64,000 bases of DNA from Flavobacteriales bacterium (lineage in GTDB: Bacteria; Bacteroidota; Bacteroidia; Flavobacteriales; Flavobacteriaceae). The translations under genes were made by a program, and so were the position numbers. The notes below the pieces were generated by a model, which did no database searches, had not been told where the DNA came from, and worked only from the letters and a program-made list of their open reading frames with translations. The DNA lies in assembly GCA_016777325.1 (NCBI GenBank), contig JADHRQ010000003.1, positions 20,354 to 84,353 on the forward strand, written 5' to 3'. Below, in pieces: positions 33,964 through 43,390 of the stretch. Within the stretch, counting starts at the first letter, position 1. Each line of letters starts with the position of its first letter.

Positions 33964-36900
33964 ATGAAGAATTTAAGCATACTTTTTGTTTTTTTAACTA
34001 TAATTCCATTCTCTTATTCACAAGACATAGAAGATAAACTTGAAGAAGTTAAATATAGAAATCTAGGTCCTTTTAGAGGTGGTCGATCAGTTTCATCCTC
34101 AGGAGTTATAAATGATCCTTTAACCTATTATATGGGGACAGCTGGAGGTGGATTATGGAAAACAACTAATGCTGGGAGTGAATGGCATAATATTTCAGAT
34201 GACTATTTCAAAACTTCATCTGTTGGAGCAGTTGCAGTTTCCGAAAGTGATAGTAGAATAATTTATGTTGGTATGGGTGAGCATTCTCCAAGAGGAGTTA
34301 CTACATCTTATGGTGATGGGATTTATAAATCAACAGATGAGGGTAAGACATGGGAACATATTGGATTAGAAAATACTCAACAGATTTCAAGAATTATAAT
34401 TCATCCTAACAATCCTGATTTGGTATATGTAGCTGCTCAAGGGGCAATTAATGGACCTACTAAGGAAAGAGGGGTATATAAATCTCAAGATGGTGGTAAA
34501 TCATGGAAAAATGTTCTTTTTGTAAACGAATTAAGTGGAGCATCAGAACTTTCTATTGATTTTAATAATCCAAAGGTTCTTTATGCCACTCTTTGGGAAC
34601 ATCAAAGGTTTCCATGGAAGGTTGTTAGTGGTGGAGAAGGAAGCGGAGTTTATAAGTCAATCGATGCTGGAGAAAACTGGTTTAAAATAGAAAACGGGCT
34701 ACCTGATGAATTAGGTAAAATGGCTATATCTGTTTCTAGAGCTAATTCAAATAAGGTATATCTTTTAGCTGAAAGTGATTCTAATAAAAGACTAGGAGGA
34801 TTGTTTGTATCTAATAATGCCGGTGAAAGCTGGTCAAGAATTAGCAAGTATGCTGAATTAACATCAAGATCATGGTATTATATAGAAGTTTTTACAGATC
34901 CTAATGATGAGAATACAGTATATGTTCTAAGTGCAAGAGCTTTTAGATCAATTGATGGAGGAAAAACATGGGAAAGAATTTATAGTGGCCATGGTGATTA
35001 CCATGACTTGTGGATAAATCCTAATAATTCAAAGAATATGATTATATCTGATGATGGAGGTGGAGAAATTACATTTGATAATGGTGAATCTTGGTCTAGT
35101 ATAAATAATATGCCAACAGCACAGTTCTATAGAGTTAATGTTGATAATTTATTTCCATATAACCTATATGGTGGTCAACAAGATAATTCTACTGTAAGAA
35201 TAGCGAGTATTGGATCAGGAGGAGGAATTTCTGAAAGTGACTGGTCTTCAACTGCTGGAGGAGAAAGTGCCTTTTTAGCTTTTGACCCTAACAACCCAAC
35301 ATTAGTGATGGGGGGAAGCTACCTTGGAAGTGTAAACATATACGATACAAAAGCAAAGGCTAGAAAAAAGGTAATGATAGAGCCAATAAATTATATTGGT
35401 AAAGCAGCAAGAGATATGAAGTATAGATTTAACTGGAATGCACCAATAATATGGTCTAAACATGAACCAAATACATTTTATCATGCTGCTCAGCATCTTT
35501 TTAAAACAAATGACCTAGGTAAGTCATGGGAAGTTATATCACCAGATTTAACGATGGATGAAGATGAAAAGCAAGGAAATGGTGGAGGTCCTTTAACTAA
35601 TGAGGCAGTAGGTGCAGAAAACTATGGAACGATAAGTTATGTTGCGGAATCTCCTCACGAGCCTAAAACTATCTATACAGGTTCTGATGATGGATTAGTG
35701 TATATAACTCAAGACGGAGGTAAATCATGGAAGAATATAACACCAAAAGGTCTTCCAGAAACAATAATTAATGCAATTGATATATCTCCTCATGATAAGG
35801 AAACAGTATTTATTGCAACTACTAGATATAAATTTAATGATAAATCACCTGGCCTATATAAGTCTACAAATTATGGAGAATCTTGGAAAGAGATAACAGG
35901 AAATATTCCATATGGAGCATATACTAGAGTAGTAAGAGAAGATGAGAAAAGAAAAGGACTATTAGTTGCGGGTACAGAATTAGGAGTATATATTTCTTTT
36001 AATGATGGTGAATACTGGGAAAAATTTAATTTTAATATGCCTGTATTAGCTATAACAGATTTAATGATAAAACATGATGATTTAATCATTGCAACCCAAG
36101 GAAGATCATTCTGGATACTTGATGATATGGGGTTAGTTAGACAACTAGATAATACAAAAGAAACTAAACTTTATCAACCTGAAAATTCAACAATTGGTAA
36201 TTGGTACAGTCAGCTTAACTCTAATTATTCAGATGGTACATCAACATTCACAGGAGTTAATCCAGCTAATGGTGTTGTTGTTTATTATAATCTAAATGAA
36301 GATGATGCTGATAAAGAAATAACAATTAAATTTTTTGACCAAGACAATAATCTTGTTAGAGAAGTTAGTAATCAAATTGATGAAAACTTTATTTCTTACA
36401 ATGGAGGCCCTTCAAGAGAACCTGTTTTGTCTAATAAAATAGGTATTAATAGGTTTGTTTGGAATGCAAGACATAAATCTTTAACTGGAGTGCCTTATGC
36501 ATATATAGAGGGAAGATTTAGTGGACATAAAGCGATACCTGGGAAATATAATATGTCACTAGAAGTTGGAGATAAAAAATTAACTTCAGATTTTGAGATT
36601 CTAAAAAATCCAAATTTTAGCGTATCAGATGAAGACTATGCTGAATTTCATAAGTATACCAGTCATATGGAAAATAAGTTTAATATAATGGCGGATTATA
36701 TTAATACTAATAAAAAATTGATTGATAAGCTTGAAACTATACTCAGTGATATTGAAGACCAAGCAATTAAAAATAATGGTGAGATCTTACTTAAAAAAAT
36801 GGATAGCTGGGATAAAAAGATGATGCAAAGAAAATCATTAGCTTATGATGATGTGGAAAACTTCCCAAATAAATTTCTAGCTGATTATTTATTTATACTA

Positions 36901-37071
36901 GATGAAATTAAGGGTGATATTCCAAATGTCAGTGAGGGAATTTTAAAATCTTTAGAGTCACTAGATAAAAAATGGGAAACTTTAAAAGAAGAGATTGATA
37001 ATATCAATGAAAATGATATACCATTTTTCAACAATGAATTGTGGAAATCAGGAATTGGCGCATTGAATTAA
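33964..37071 (+). CDS. Secreted BNR/Asp-box repeat (sortilin/VPS10-like) protein
   Basis: 1035 aa with a signal peptide and about 10 Asp-box repeats ([88 protein letters not shown] ...). Confidence 0.75.
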   Translation: MKNLSILFVFLTIIPFSYSQDIEDKLEEVKYRNLGPFRGGRSVSSSGVINDPLTYYMGTAGGGLWKTTNAGSEWHNISDDYFKTSSVGAVAVSESDSRIIYVGMGEHSPRGVTTSYGDGIYKSTDEGKTWEHIGLENTQQISRIIIHPNNPDLVYVAAQGAINGPTKERGVYKSQDGGKSWKNVLFVNELSGASELSIDFNNPKVLYATLWEHQRFPWKVVSGGEGSGVYKSIDAGENWFKIENGLPDELGKMAISVSRANSNKVYLLAESDSNKRLGGLFVSNNAGESWSRISKYAELTSRSWYYIEVFTDPNDENTVYVLSARAFRSIDGGKTWERIYSGHGDYHDLWINPNNSKNMIISDDGGGEITFDNGESWSSINNMPTAQFYRVNVDNLFPYNLYGGQQDNSTVRIASIGSGGGISESDWSSTAGGESAFLAFDPNNPTLVMGGSYLGSVNIYDTKAKARKKVMIEPINYIGKAARDMKYRFNWNAPIIWSKHEPNTFYHAAQHLFKTNDLGKSWEVISPDLTMDEDEKQGNGGGPLTNEAVGAENYGTISYVAESPHEPKTIYTGSDDGLVYITQDGGKSWKNITPKGLPETIINAIDISPHDKETVFIATTRYKFNDKSPGLYKSTNYGESWKEITGNIPYGAYTRVVREDEKRKGLLVAGTELGVYISFNDGEYWEKFNFNMPVLAITDLMIKHDDLIIATQGRSFWILDDMGLVRQLDNTKETKLYQPENSTIGNWYSQLNSNYSDGTSTFTGVNPANGVVVYYNLNEDDADKEITIKFFDQDNNLVREVSNQIDENFISYNGGPSREPVLSNKIGINRFVWNARHKSLTGVPYAYIEGRFSGHKAIPGKYNMSLEVGDKKLTSDFEILKNPNFSVSDEDYAEFHKYTSHMENKFNIMADYINTNKKLIDKLETILSDIEDQAIKNNGEILLKKMDSWDKKMMQRKSLAYDDVENFPNKFLADYLFILDEIKGDIPNVSEGILKSLESLDKKWETLKEEIDNINENDIPFFNNELWKSGIGALN

Positions 37072-37130
37072 TTAATATTACCAGTTACTTTCTGTATTGG
37101 TAAGTAGAGAAAAGTCGGGAGAAAACTGAA

Positions 37131-37523
37131 TTATTCAGATTTTTCTTCTGCAGCTGGCTCCTCAGCATTTGCTTCTTCTGCAGCTGGCTCTTCAGCCTTA
37201 ACTTCTTCTGCAGCTGGCTCCTCAGCATTTGCTTCTTCTGCAGCTGGCTCTTCAGCCTTAACTTCTTCTGCAGCTGGCTCTTCAGCCTTAACTTCTTCTG
37301 CAGCTGGCTCTTCAGCCTTAACTTCTTCTGCAGCTAGTTGAGCAGGGTTAGGGACTTCTTTTCTTACAATAGGTTTTCCAGCAAGCCAATCATTTACAAG
37401 ATCTTGAGGCAATATTCTTTCTTCAAAAGAATAGCTGCTAGAGCCATCTTTTTTTACCATTCTTATTGCTTTTGCAAGTTTTTTTGAGCTAGTTTGTAAA
37501 CTAGCAACTGCTTTTTTTGCCAT
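37131..37523 (-). CDS. DUF4295-family protein with a long repeat-encoded acidic C-terminal extension
   Basis: The N-terminal ~50 aa (MAKKAVASLQTSSKKLAKAIRMVKKDGSSSYSFEERILPQDLVNDWL) and the position right after rpmB-rpmG match the Bacteroidota DUF4295 family. The remainder is (AEEPAAEE-VK/AN) x6. Confidence 0.8.
   Translation of the reverse strand: MAKKAVASLQTSSKKLAKAIRMVKKDGSSSYSFEERILPQDLVNDWLAGKPIVRKEVPNPAQLAAEEVKAEEPAAEEVKAEEPAAEEVKAEEPAAEEANAEEPAAEEVKAEEPAAEEANAEEPAAEEKSE
37143..37335 (-). repeat. In-frame 30-bp tandem repeat, about 6.4 copies
   Basis: The unit is cttcttctgcagctggctc[c/t]tcagc[attt/ctta][g/a]. Positions 37143-37200 are identical to 37203-37260, and 37261-37320 is two identical copies of acttcttctgcagctggctcttcagcctta. 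Confidence 0.95.
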
Positions 37524-37524
37524 C

Positions 37525-37707
37525 TTATTTAATTTCTTTGTGAACAGTCATTTTCTTCATGATAGGATTGAATTTCTTAATTTCAAGTCTATCTGGAGAA
37601 TTTTTTTTGTTTTTAGTAGTTATATATCTTGAAGTACCTGACATACCTGAGTCTTTGTGCTCTGTACATTCTAAAATTACTTGAACTCTATTGCCTTTTT
37701 TTGCCAT
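37525..37707 (-). CDS. rpmG: 50S ribosomal protein L33 (C-minus form)
   Basis: 60 aa; [34 protein letters not shown]. Only one Cys is present. Confidence 0.96.
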   Translation of the reverse strand: MAKKGNRVQVILECTEHKDSGMSGTSRYITTKNKKNSPDRLEIKKFNPIMKKMTVHKEIK

Positions 37708-37709
37708 TT

Positions 37710-37946
37710 TTACTTAATTAAACCTTGTTTTCTAGCTTCTTTCAAAACTTCAGAAATACCCTTTTTATTTATAGTTTTCAAAGCTGATGCAGAAACTTTA
37801 AGGGTAACCCATTTGTCTTCTTCTGGAATAAAGAATCTTTTTTTCATAAGATTAACATCGAATCTTCTTCTTGTTCTATTTAATGATTTAGAAACATTGT
37901 TTCCAAACATAACTTTCTTTCCAGTAATTTCGCAAGTCTTAGACAT
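37710..37946 (-). CDS. rpmB: 50S ribosomal protein L28
   Basis: [29 protein letters not shown] is the canonical L28 N-terminus. I start at Met10 of the track ORF (ATG 37946). A -7 box lies inside the discarded extension. Confidence 0.95.
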   Translation of the reverse strand: MSKTCEITGKKVMFGNNVSKSLNRTRRRFDVNLMKKRFFIPEEDKWVTLKVSASALKTINKKGISEVLKEARKQGLIK

Positions 37947-37970
37947 AACGTACTTATTTTTTGTAACGTG

Positions 37971-37978
37971 CAAAACTA
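37971..37978 (-). promoter_or_regulatory. Candidate -7 box (TAGTTTTGCA) for rpmB-rpmG-DUF4295
   Basis: The minus strand reads TAGTTTTG-CACG..., 24 nt before ATG 37946. It matches TAnnTTTG and shares the trailing GCAcg with the rpsL box. Confidence 0.45.
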
Positions 37979-38007
37979 ATGCATTTAAGTTTAATAAAAA
38001 AATAAAT

Positions 38008-38475
38008 TTATTGGTTAATAATTTTATCTACGAAGAGTTTGAATGAATTTTCTGTTACAGTTTTAATGAAGTCTTCTCTTGAGCTAATTACTTCATATTT
38101 TTCACAGAATAATTGATTTTCAGACGATATAGCAATATAACAATCTCCTACTTTAGATTTAGATCCATTTGAAGTTGGACCAGCATTGCCAGTTACAGAA
38201 ATGGAATAATCTGAATTAAACTTTTCTCTAACTTTTTCTGCCATTTTTATTGCAATCTCTTGACTTACAGGTGAGAATAAGTCAATTTCATTTTTTTCAA
38301 TTCCAATAATTTTTTCCTTCGAATATTTGCTGTAAGAAACAATAGAGCCCTTAAAAACATTTGAGGCACCAGGAATCTTTGTTATTGAAAGAGATAAATT
38401 TCCACCTGAACAACTTTCTGCAAATGAGATTGTTTTATTTTGAGAAGAGAGATAGTCAAAGATTTTTTTTGTCAT
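38008..38475 (-). CDS. CinA-family protein (nicotinamide-nucleotide amidohydrolase PncC-like domain)
   Basis: 155 aa; ISFAESCSGGNLSLSITKIPGASNVFKGSIVSYS matches the CinA C-terminal domain. Confidence 0.85.
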   Translation of the reverse strand: MTKKIFDYLSSQNKTISFAESCSGGNLSLSITKIPGASNVFKGSIVSYSKYSKEKIIGIEKNEIDLFSPVSQEIAIKMAEKVREKFNSDYSISVTGNAGPTSNGSKSKVGDCYIAISSENQLFCEKYEVISSREDFIKTVTENSFKLFVDKIINQ

Positions 38476-38477
38476 GT

Positions 38478-39089
38478 CTATTTTATCTTAAGGGAAAACA
38501 TTTTAGTGGAATCAATATAGCCCTCTAATAAATCTCCACTTATAACTTTTGAAACACCTGCGGGTGTCCCAGTAAAAATCAAATCTCCTATTTTAAGTGT
38601 AAAATATTGTGAAACATATGAAATTAATTCATCTATTTTCCACAACATATTAGAAGAGTTACCAGATTGAGCCAATTGATTATTTTTCTTTAGACTAAAA
38701 TCTATTTTTGATAAGTCTTTAAATTTATCTACACTAATAAAATCACCAACTAAACAGGAATTATCAAAAGCCTTAGACTTTTCCCATGGATGTCCTTTTT
38801 GTTTTAAAGCATTTTGAATATCTCGAGCAGTAAAATCTATTCCAAGACCAATTTCATTATAGTATTTATTAGAAAATGATTTATCTATATGCTTTCCCAC
38901 TTTATTAATCTTAACAACTAATTCAACTTCATGATGAATTTCATCTGAAAAAGCAGGAATAATAAAGTTTTGATTTTTTGGAATAATAGACGAGTCGGGC
39001 TTTAAAAAAACAACAGGATGAGAAGGTCTAATATTAGCTAATTCTTTTATGTGATCAGAATAATTTCTTCCAATGCAGATTATTTTCAT
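38478..39089 (-). CDS. Fumarylacetoacetate hydrolase (FAH) family protein
   Basis: 203 aa; MKIICIGRNYSDHIKEL ... PVVFLKP ... HHEVELVV ... GDLIFTGTPAGV is the typical FAH-fold pattern. Confidence 0.85.
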   Translation of the reverse strand: MKIICIGRNYSDHIKELANIRPSHPVVFLKPDSSIIPKNQNFIIPAFSDEIHHEVELVVKINKVGKHIDKSFSNKYYNEIGLGIDFTARDIQNALKQKGHPWEKSKAFDNSCLVGDFISVDKFKDLSKIDFSLKKNNQLAQSGNSSNMLWKIDELISYVSQYFTLKIGDLIFTGTPAGVSKVISGDLLEGYIDSTKMFSLKIK

Positions 39090-39090
39090 C

Positions 39091-39861
39091 TTATTTAGAC
39101 TTTGTTATACTTAATTTCAAATTTGTAACTATTTTTTTGGTGTACTCTGGAAAATCCCCTTTCATTATCCATGAGTAATAACCCTGATCAATTTTAAATA
39201 CATCTACAACTTTTTGACCAGTATATTTACCAAATGCAAAAGTTGCATCATTATCAGAATCTAATCTTATTTTACCGGCAAAGTCTAGATTATTATTCCT
39301 TTTTGAATACTCATTTAAGAAATCCATATCAGGTACTAAATCATCATACTTGTCTAATTGAGCTTTAAACACTTCATATGCAGCAATAGTGTCATCCAAG
39401 GCAGAATGAGCATTTTCAAGATCTTTATCACAATAGTACTTAAGGGCAGCTGAAAGATTTCTAGGCTCTTTTTTATGATATATTACTTGGGTATCAATCA
39501 TTCTTACATCTGTAAAATCAAATTGAATTTTGGCTCTTATTAATTCTTCAACAAGAATTGGAATATCAAATTTAATTGCGTTAAAGCCTGATAAATCACA
39601 ATCTTTAATAAACTGATAAATTTCATCTGAATAATAAGCAAAATTTGGTTCACTTTTAATCATCTTATTTGTTATTCCATGAACTTGAGTTGCTTGAATT
39701 GAAATTTCCATTTCAGGATTAATTCTCCAAACTTTTTGAGACTCTGTTTTATCAATATCAACTCTTAAAATAGCTATTTCAACAATCCTATCTTTACCAA
39801 CATTTGCTCCAGTAGTTTCAAGATCAAAAAAACAGATAGGTCTTTTAAGATTAATTTTCAT
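39091..39861 (-). CDS. 3'-5' exonuclease (DEDDh, DnaQ/epsilon-like) with an extra C-terminal domain
   Basis: ExoI FFDLETTG, ExoII GFNAIKFDIPIL, ExoIII HSALDDTIA. The C-terminal FGKYTGQKV...GYYSWIMKGDFP domain is common in Bacteroidota homologues. Confidence 0.85.
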   Translation of the reverse strand: MKINLKRPICFFDLETTGANVGKDRIVEIAILRVDIDKTESQKVWRINPEMEISIQATQVHGITNKMIKSEPNFAYYSDEIYQFIKDCDLSGFNAIKFDIPILVEELIRAKIQFDFTDVRMIDTQVIYHKKEPRNLSAALKYYCDKDLENAHSALDDTIAAYEVFKAQLDKYDDLVPDMDFLNEYSKRNNNLDFAGKIRLDSDNDATFAFGKYTGQKVVDVFKIDQGYYSWIMKGDFPEYTKKIVTNLKLSITKSK

Positions 39862-39862
39862 A

Positions 39863-41167
39863 TTAAATGATTTGATTCATATCCCATTCTTCAAGATATT
39901 CAGCAACTCTTTTAACAAAGCTTCCTCCTATTGAACCATTTATGATTCTATGGTCATATGTGTGTGATAAAATAAGTTTTTTTCTTATACCTATAAAGTC
40001 TCCTTTATCAGTTTCAATAACAGACGGTGTTTTACGGATAACCCCAATAGCAATTATTCCAACTTGAGGCTGATTAATTATTGGAGTACCCATAATTGAA
40101 CCAAAGTTTCCAACATTAGTTACAGTATATGTTCCATCAGATATTTCATGAGGTTTTAAAGAATTTGATCTAGCCCTGTTTGACAAGTCATTTACAGCTA
40201 GAGTAAGTCCTTTTAGATTTAGATGATCTGCATTTTTAATGACAGGTACTATCAAATTACCATTTTCAATAGCTGTAGCCATTCCAATGTTAATAGATCT
40301 TTTCATTACAATCTTTTCATCAATTATTGAGCTATTTAAAATAGGATAATCTTTAAGTGACTTTATAACTGCATCTATGAAAAGAGGTGTAAAGGTAAGT
40401 TTAAGACCCTCTTTGTCTTGAAAAGATTTTTTGTATCGATCCCTCCATTCCCATAGATTAGTTACGTCAACTTCAACAAATGATTGAACATGAGCTGAAA
40501 TTTTTTTACTATTTGACATATGATCAAATATTATCTTACCCATCCTATCTAGCTCAATTATTTGGTCATCCAAAGAATTTTTAGATTCAACAATAGGTTT
40601 AGTATGAGATTTATCAGATTGAGATCCTATATAATTTAAGATATCTTGCTTAGTAACCCTTCCATCCTTTCCTGAACCAGGAATTTTTTTAAGCTCCTCC
40701 TGACTAATATTTTCCTTCTTAGCAATGTTTTTAACTAATGGTGAGAAAAATTTATCATTTTTTTCAATTTCAAAATTATCTTCTGAATCTAATTCATCAT
40801 TTTTCAATAAATCAATTGAAGGAATACTTGCAATTTCTAGGTCTTTACTAATTTCCTCAGCATCATCTATGATTAATTCTTTATCCTTTTCTTTAGAGAC
40901 TATATTTATCTCATTATTATCTTCTATAGATGTTTCTATTTCAGCAATAACTTCACCTACTTTGACAATATCATTTACTTCAAAGTTTTTTTTGACTAGC
41001 TTTCCTTTAAATTCAGATGGAACATCAGAATCAACCTTATCAGTAGCAATTTCAACTATTGATTCATCTATATTTACAATATCTCCAACCTCTTTTAACC
41101 AATTAGTTATAGTAGCTTCAGCAATGCTTTCTCCCATTTTTGGAAGTTTTAAAAGATATTTTCCCAT
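39863..41167 (-). CDS. 2-oxoacid dehydrogenase complex E2 (dihydrolipoamide acyltransferase)
   Basis: 434 aa. Lipoyl domain (VEIATDKVDSDVPS), a peripheral-subunit-binding domain (SPLVKNIAKKENI) and catalytic SHTYDHRIINGS. Which 2-oxoacid it serves cannot be decided from sequence alone. Confidence 0.9.
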   Translation of the reverse strand: MGKYLLKLPKMGESIAEATITNWLKEVGDIVNIDESIVEIATDKVDSDVPSEFKGKLVKKNFEVNDIVKVGEVIAEIETSIEDNNEINIVSKEKDKELIIDDAEEISKDLEIASIPSIDLLKNDELDSEDNFEIEKNDKFFSPLVKNIAKKENISQEELKKIPGSGKDGRVTKQDILNYIGSQSDKSHTKPIVESKNSLDDQIIELDRMGKIIFDHMSNSKKISAHVQSFVEVDVTNLWEWRDRYKKSFQDKEGLKLTFTPLFIDAVIKSLKDYPILNSSIIDEKIVMKRSINIGMATAIENGNLIVPVIKNADHLNLKGLTLAVNDLSNRARSNSLKPHEISDGTYTVTNVGNFGSIMGTPIINQPQVGIIAIGVIRKTPSVIETDKGDFIGIRKKLILSHTYDHRIINGSIGGSFVKRVAEYLEEWDMNQII

Positions 41168-41181
41168 TCTTACAGTAATTG

Positions 41182-41189
41182 CAAATTTA
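41182..41189 (-). promoter_or_regulatory. Candidate -7 box (TAAATTTGCA) upstream of the E2 gene
   Basis: The minus strand reads G-TAAATTTG-CAATTACTGTAAGA-ATG, 14 nt before the start, within the 36-nt recR-E2 gap. Confidence 0.4.
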
Positions 41190-41203
41190 CAATATTAAAA
41201 TCA

Positions 41204-41824
41204 TTACTTATTAGATAGGTCAGTTTCATAAGGACGTCTATTTTGAATACTTCTTGCCAAAGTAACTTCATCTGTATATTCTAATTGATCACCAACAGGT
41301 ATACCTCTTGCTAATACTGAAACTTTTACATTAAGTTTATTTAAGATTTTAAATAAATAAAAGCTAGTTGTGTCTGCCTCTATTGTTGCACTTAATGCAA
41401 AGATTATCTCATCTACTTTTTTTTCAATAATTTTTTTCTCAAGACTTATAACATTTAAATCTTCAGGGCCAATTCCTTCAATTGGAGAGATCACTCCTCC
41501 TAAAACATGATAAAGTCCGTTATAAAGATTTGTATTTTCAATTGCAATTACATCTCTTATATCCTCAACAACACAAACAATAGATTGATCTCTTGATGAA
41601 TTTGAACATATGTCACAAATATCTTTATCTGAAATATTATGACACTGTTCGCAATGTTTAATTTGAGTTTTAAAGTCAAGAATACTTTCAGATAGATCTC
41701 TAGAGAATTCTTTAGGTTTTCTTAATATTTCAAGTGCAATTCTTAAAGCAGATCTTTTACCAATCCCTGATAATTGGGAAATATTATAAACTAAATTTTC
41801 AAGAAGTTTGGATGGAAATTCCAT
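41204..41824 (-). CDS. recR: Recombination protein RecR
   Basis: 206 aa; helix-hairpin-helix SGIGKRSALRIA, zinc finger CEQCHNISDKDICDIC, then a Toprim domain. Confidence 0.95.
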   Translation of the reverse strand: MEFPSKLLENLVYNISQLSGIGKRSALRIALEILRKPKEFSRDLSESILDFKTQIKHCEQCHNISDKDICDICSNSSRDQSIVCVVEDIRDVIAIENTNLYNGLYHVLGGVISPIEGIGPEDLNVISLEKKIIEKKVDEIIFALSATIEADTTSFYLFKILNKLNVKVSVLARGIPVGDQLEYTDEVTLARSIQNRRPYETDLSNK

Positions 41825-41828
41825 TAGG

Positions 41829-41836
41829 CAAATTTA
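41829..41836 (-). promoter_or_regulatory. Candidate -7 box (TAAATTTG) only 4 nt upstream of the recR ATG
   Basis: The minus strand reads TTTC-TAAATTTG-CCTA-ATGG. The spacing would put the transcription start at or next to the start codon. Confidence 0.3.
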
Positions 41837-41874
41837 GAAATATTCGTTGTAAGTTCTTTTGTATATTTATAAAA

Positions 41875-43329
41875 ATGTTATCTCCACAAATTATTTTAAT
41901 TGCTATTGCTTCATATTTTATAGTTTTAACTGCTATATCATATTTGACAGGTAAAGAAGACAACAATGAAGTTTTTTTTAATGCCAAAAGGAGTTCTAAC
42001 TGGGCTGTTGTTGCATTTGGAATGGTTGGAGCATCTTTATCAGGAGTTACATTTATTTCAGTTCCTGGGTGGGTTGGTGAATCTCAATTTACATATTTTC
42101 AAGTAGTTATTGGATATTTAATTGGATATCTAATTGTTGCCAATTTATTACTTCCTTTATACTACAGAATGGGATTAACATCCATATATGAATATTTATT
42201 TACACGATTTGGAAAAAACTCTCATTATGTAGGTTCTATCTCTTTTTTAATTTCTAGGATTCTTGGAGCATCCTTTAGATTATTTCTTGTAGCTATCGTT
42301 CTTCAACAATTTATTTTTGATGACTTAGGAATTCCATTTGAAATAACAGTTATTATTTCCATTTTACTAATCTGGCTATATACAAGAAGAGGTGGAATTA
42401 AAACAATAGTTTGGACAGATACAATTCAAACTACATTAATGATTTTAGCTGTTATATTATCGATTTATTATATAAACCAAGATTTAGGCTGGACATTTTC
42501 AGAATTCATTTCTTCAAGTGATTTTAAAGAATTTGATAAAATATTTGTAACTGAAAGCATTACAGAAAGAAATTACTTTTTAAAATCAATTATTGGTGGG
42601 GCTTTTATAACAATTTGTATGACTGGTCTAGATCAGGATATGATGCAAAAAAACTTAACATGTAAAAATATTCAAGAAGCTAAAAAAAATATGATTGTTT
42701 TTAGTTTTATACTGACTATTGTTACATTCCTTTTCATAGTGTTGGGTGCTCTTCTTTTTATATATGCAAGTGAAAATAATATAGCTGTTCCTTTGGTTGA
42801 TGATACACCTCGAACAGATCTTTTATTTCCTCAGATTGCCTTAAGATCAGGGCTGGGAGAGTTTTTAGGAATAACTTTTATCTTAGGTCTAATTGCTGCA
42901 GCATACAGTAGCGCGGACAGTGCATTAACTTCTCTTACAACTTCATTTTGTGTTGATATTCTAAAGATTGATATTACTAATTCAAAATCAATAAAAACAA
43001 GAAAAAATATTCATGTTTTAATGAGTATCACTTTAATAATTGTTGTGATAATTTTTAGATATATTCAAGATAAAAATGTAATAGATAGCCTCTTAACTGT
43101 GGCACAATATACATATGGCCCATTGTTAGGCCTATTTGCTTTTGGAATTTTTACAAAATATAAAATTAACGACTCTAAAGTCTATTTAGTTGTGATCATT
43201 AATATTATCATAGTAGTTATTATAGGAAATTTACCATCAAATCTTTTAGGGGGTTATCAAATAGGATACGAACTTCTGCCATTTAATGGATTAATTAATT
43301 TTATAGGGCTATACATAATCAGAAAATAA
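41875..43329 (+). CDS. Sodium:solute symporter (SSF) family transporter
   Basis: About 13 TM helices and an SSF-like pattern (GASLSGVTFISVPG, GGIKTIVWTDTIQ). I start at Met48 of the track ORF (ATG 41875, MLSPQIILIAIASYF). The upstream part overlaps recR on the opposite strand. Confidence 0.85.
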   Translation: MLSPQIILIAIASYFIVLTAISYLTGKEDNNEVFFNAKRSSNWAVVAFGMVGASLSGVTFISVPGWVGESQFTYFQVVIGYLIGYLIVANLLLPLYYRMGLTSIYEYLFTRFGKNSHYVGSISFLISRILGASFRLFLVAIVLQQFIFDDLGIPFEITVIISILLIWLYTRRGGIKTIVWTDTIQTTLMILAVILSIYYINQDLGWTFSEFISSSDFKEFDKIFVTESITERNYFLKSIIGGAFITICMTGLDQDMMQKNLTCKNIQEAKKNMIVFSFILTIVTFLFIVLGALLFIYASENNIAVPLVDDTPRTDLLFPQIALRSGLGEFLGITFILGLIAAAYSSADSALTSLTTSFCVDILKIDITNSKSIKTRKNIHVLMSITLIIVVIIFRYIQDKNVIDSLLTVAQYTYGPLLGLFAFGIFTKYKINDSKVYLVVIINIIIVVIIGNLPSNLLGGYQIGYELLPFNGLINFIGLYIIRK

Positions 43330-43390
43330 TGTCAATTTGTCATATTTATTAGTTGGTATTTTATTTGCTATTATTAATTAAAAACAAATT

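Noticed and set aside
37078-37103. 8-bp stem (ttaccagt / attggtaa, one G:U pair) between the convergent BNR-protein and DUF4295 genes
   Set aside because: It is short and A/T-rich, with no flanking T-tract on either strand. That is not enough to call a terminator.
37143-37335. Regular 30-bp repeats considered as a possible CRISPR array
   Set aside because: The units are directly adjacent with no spacers, lie in frame inside an ORF and encode a repetitive peptide. No cas genes or leader are present. This is a coding tandem repeat.
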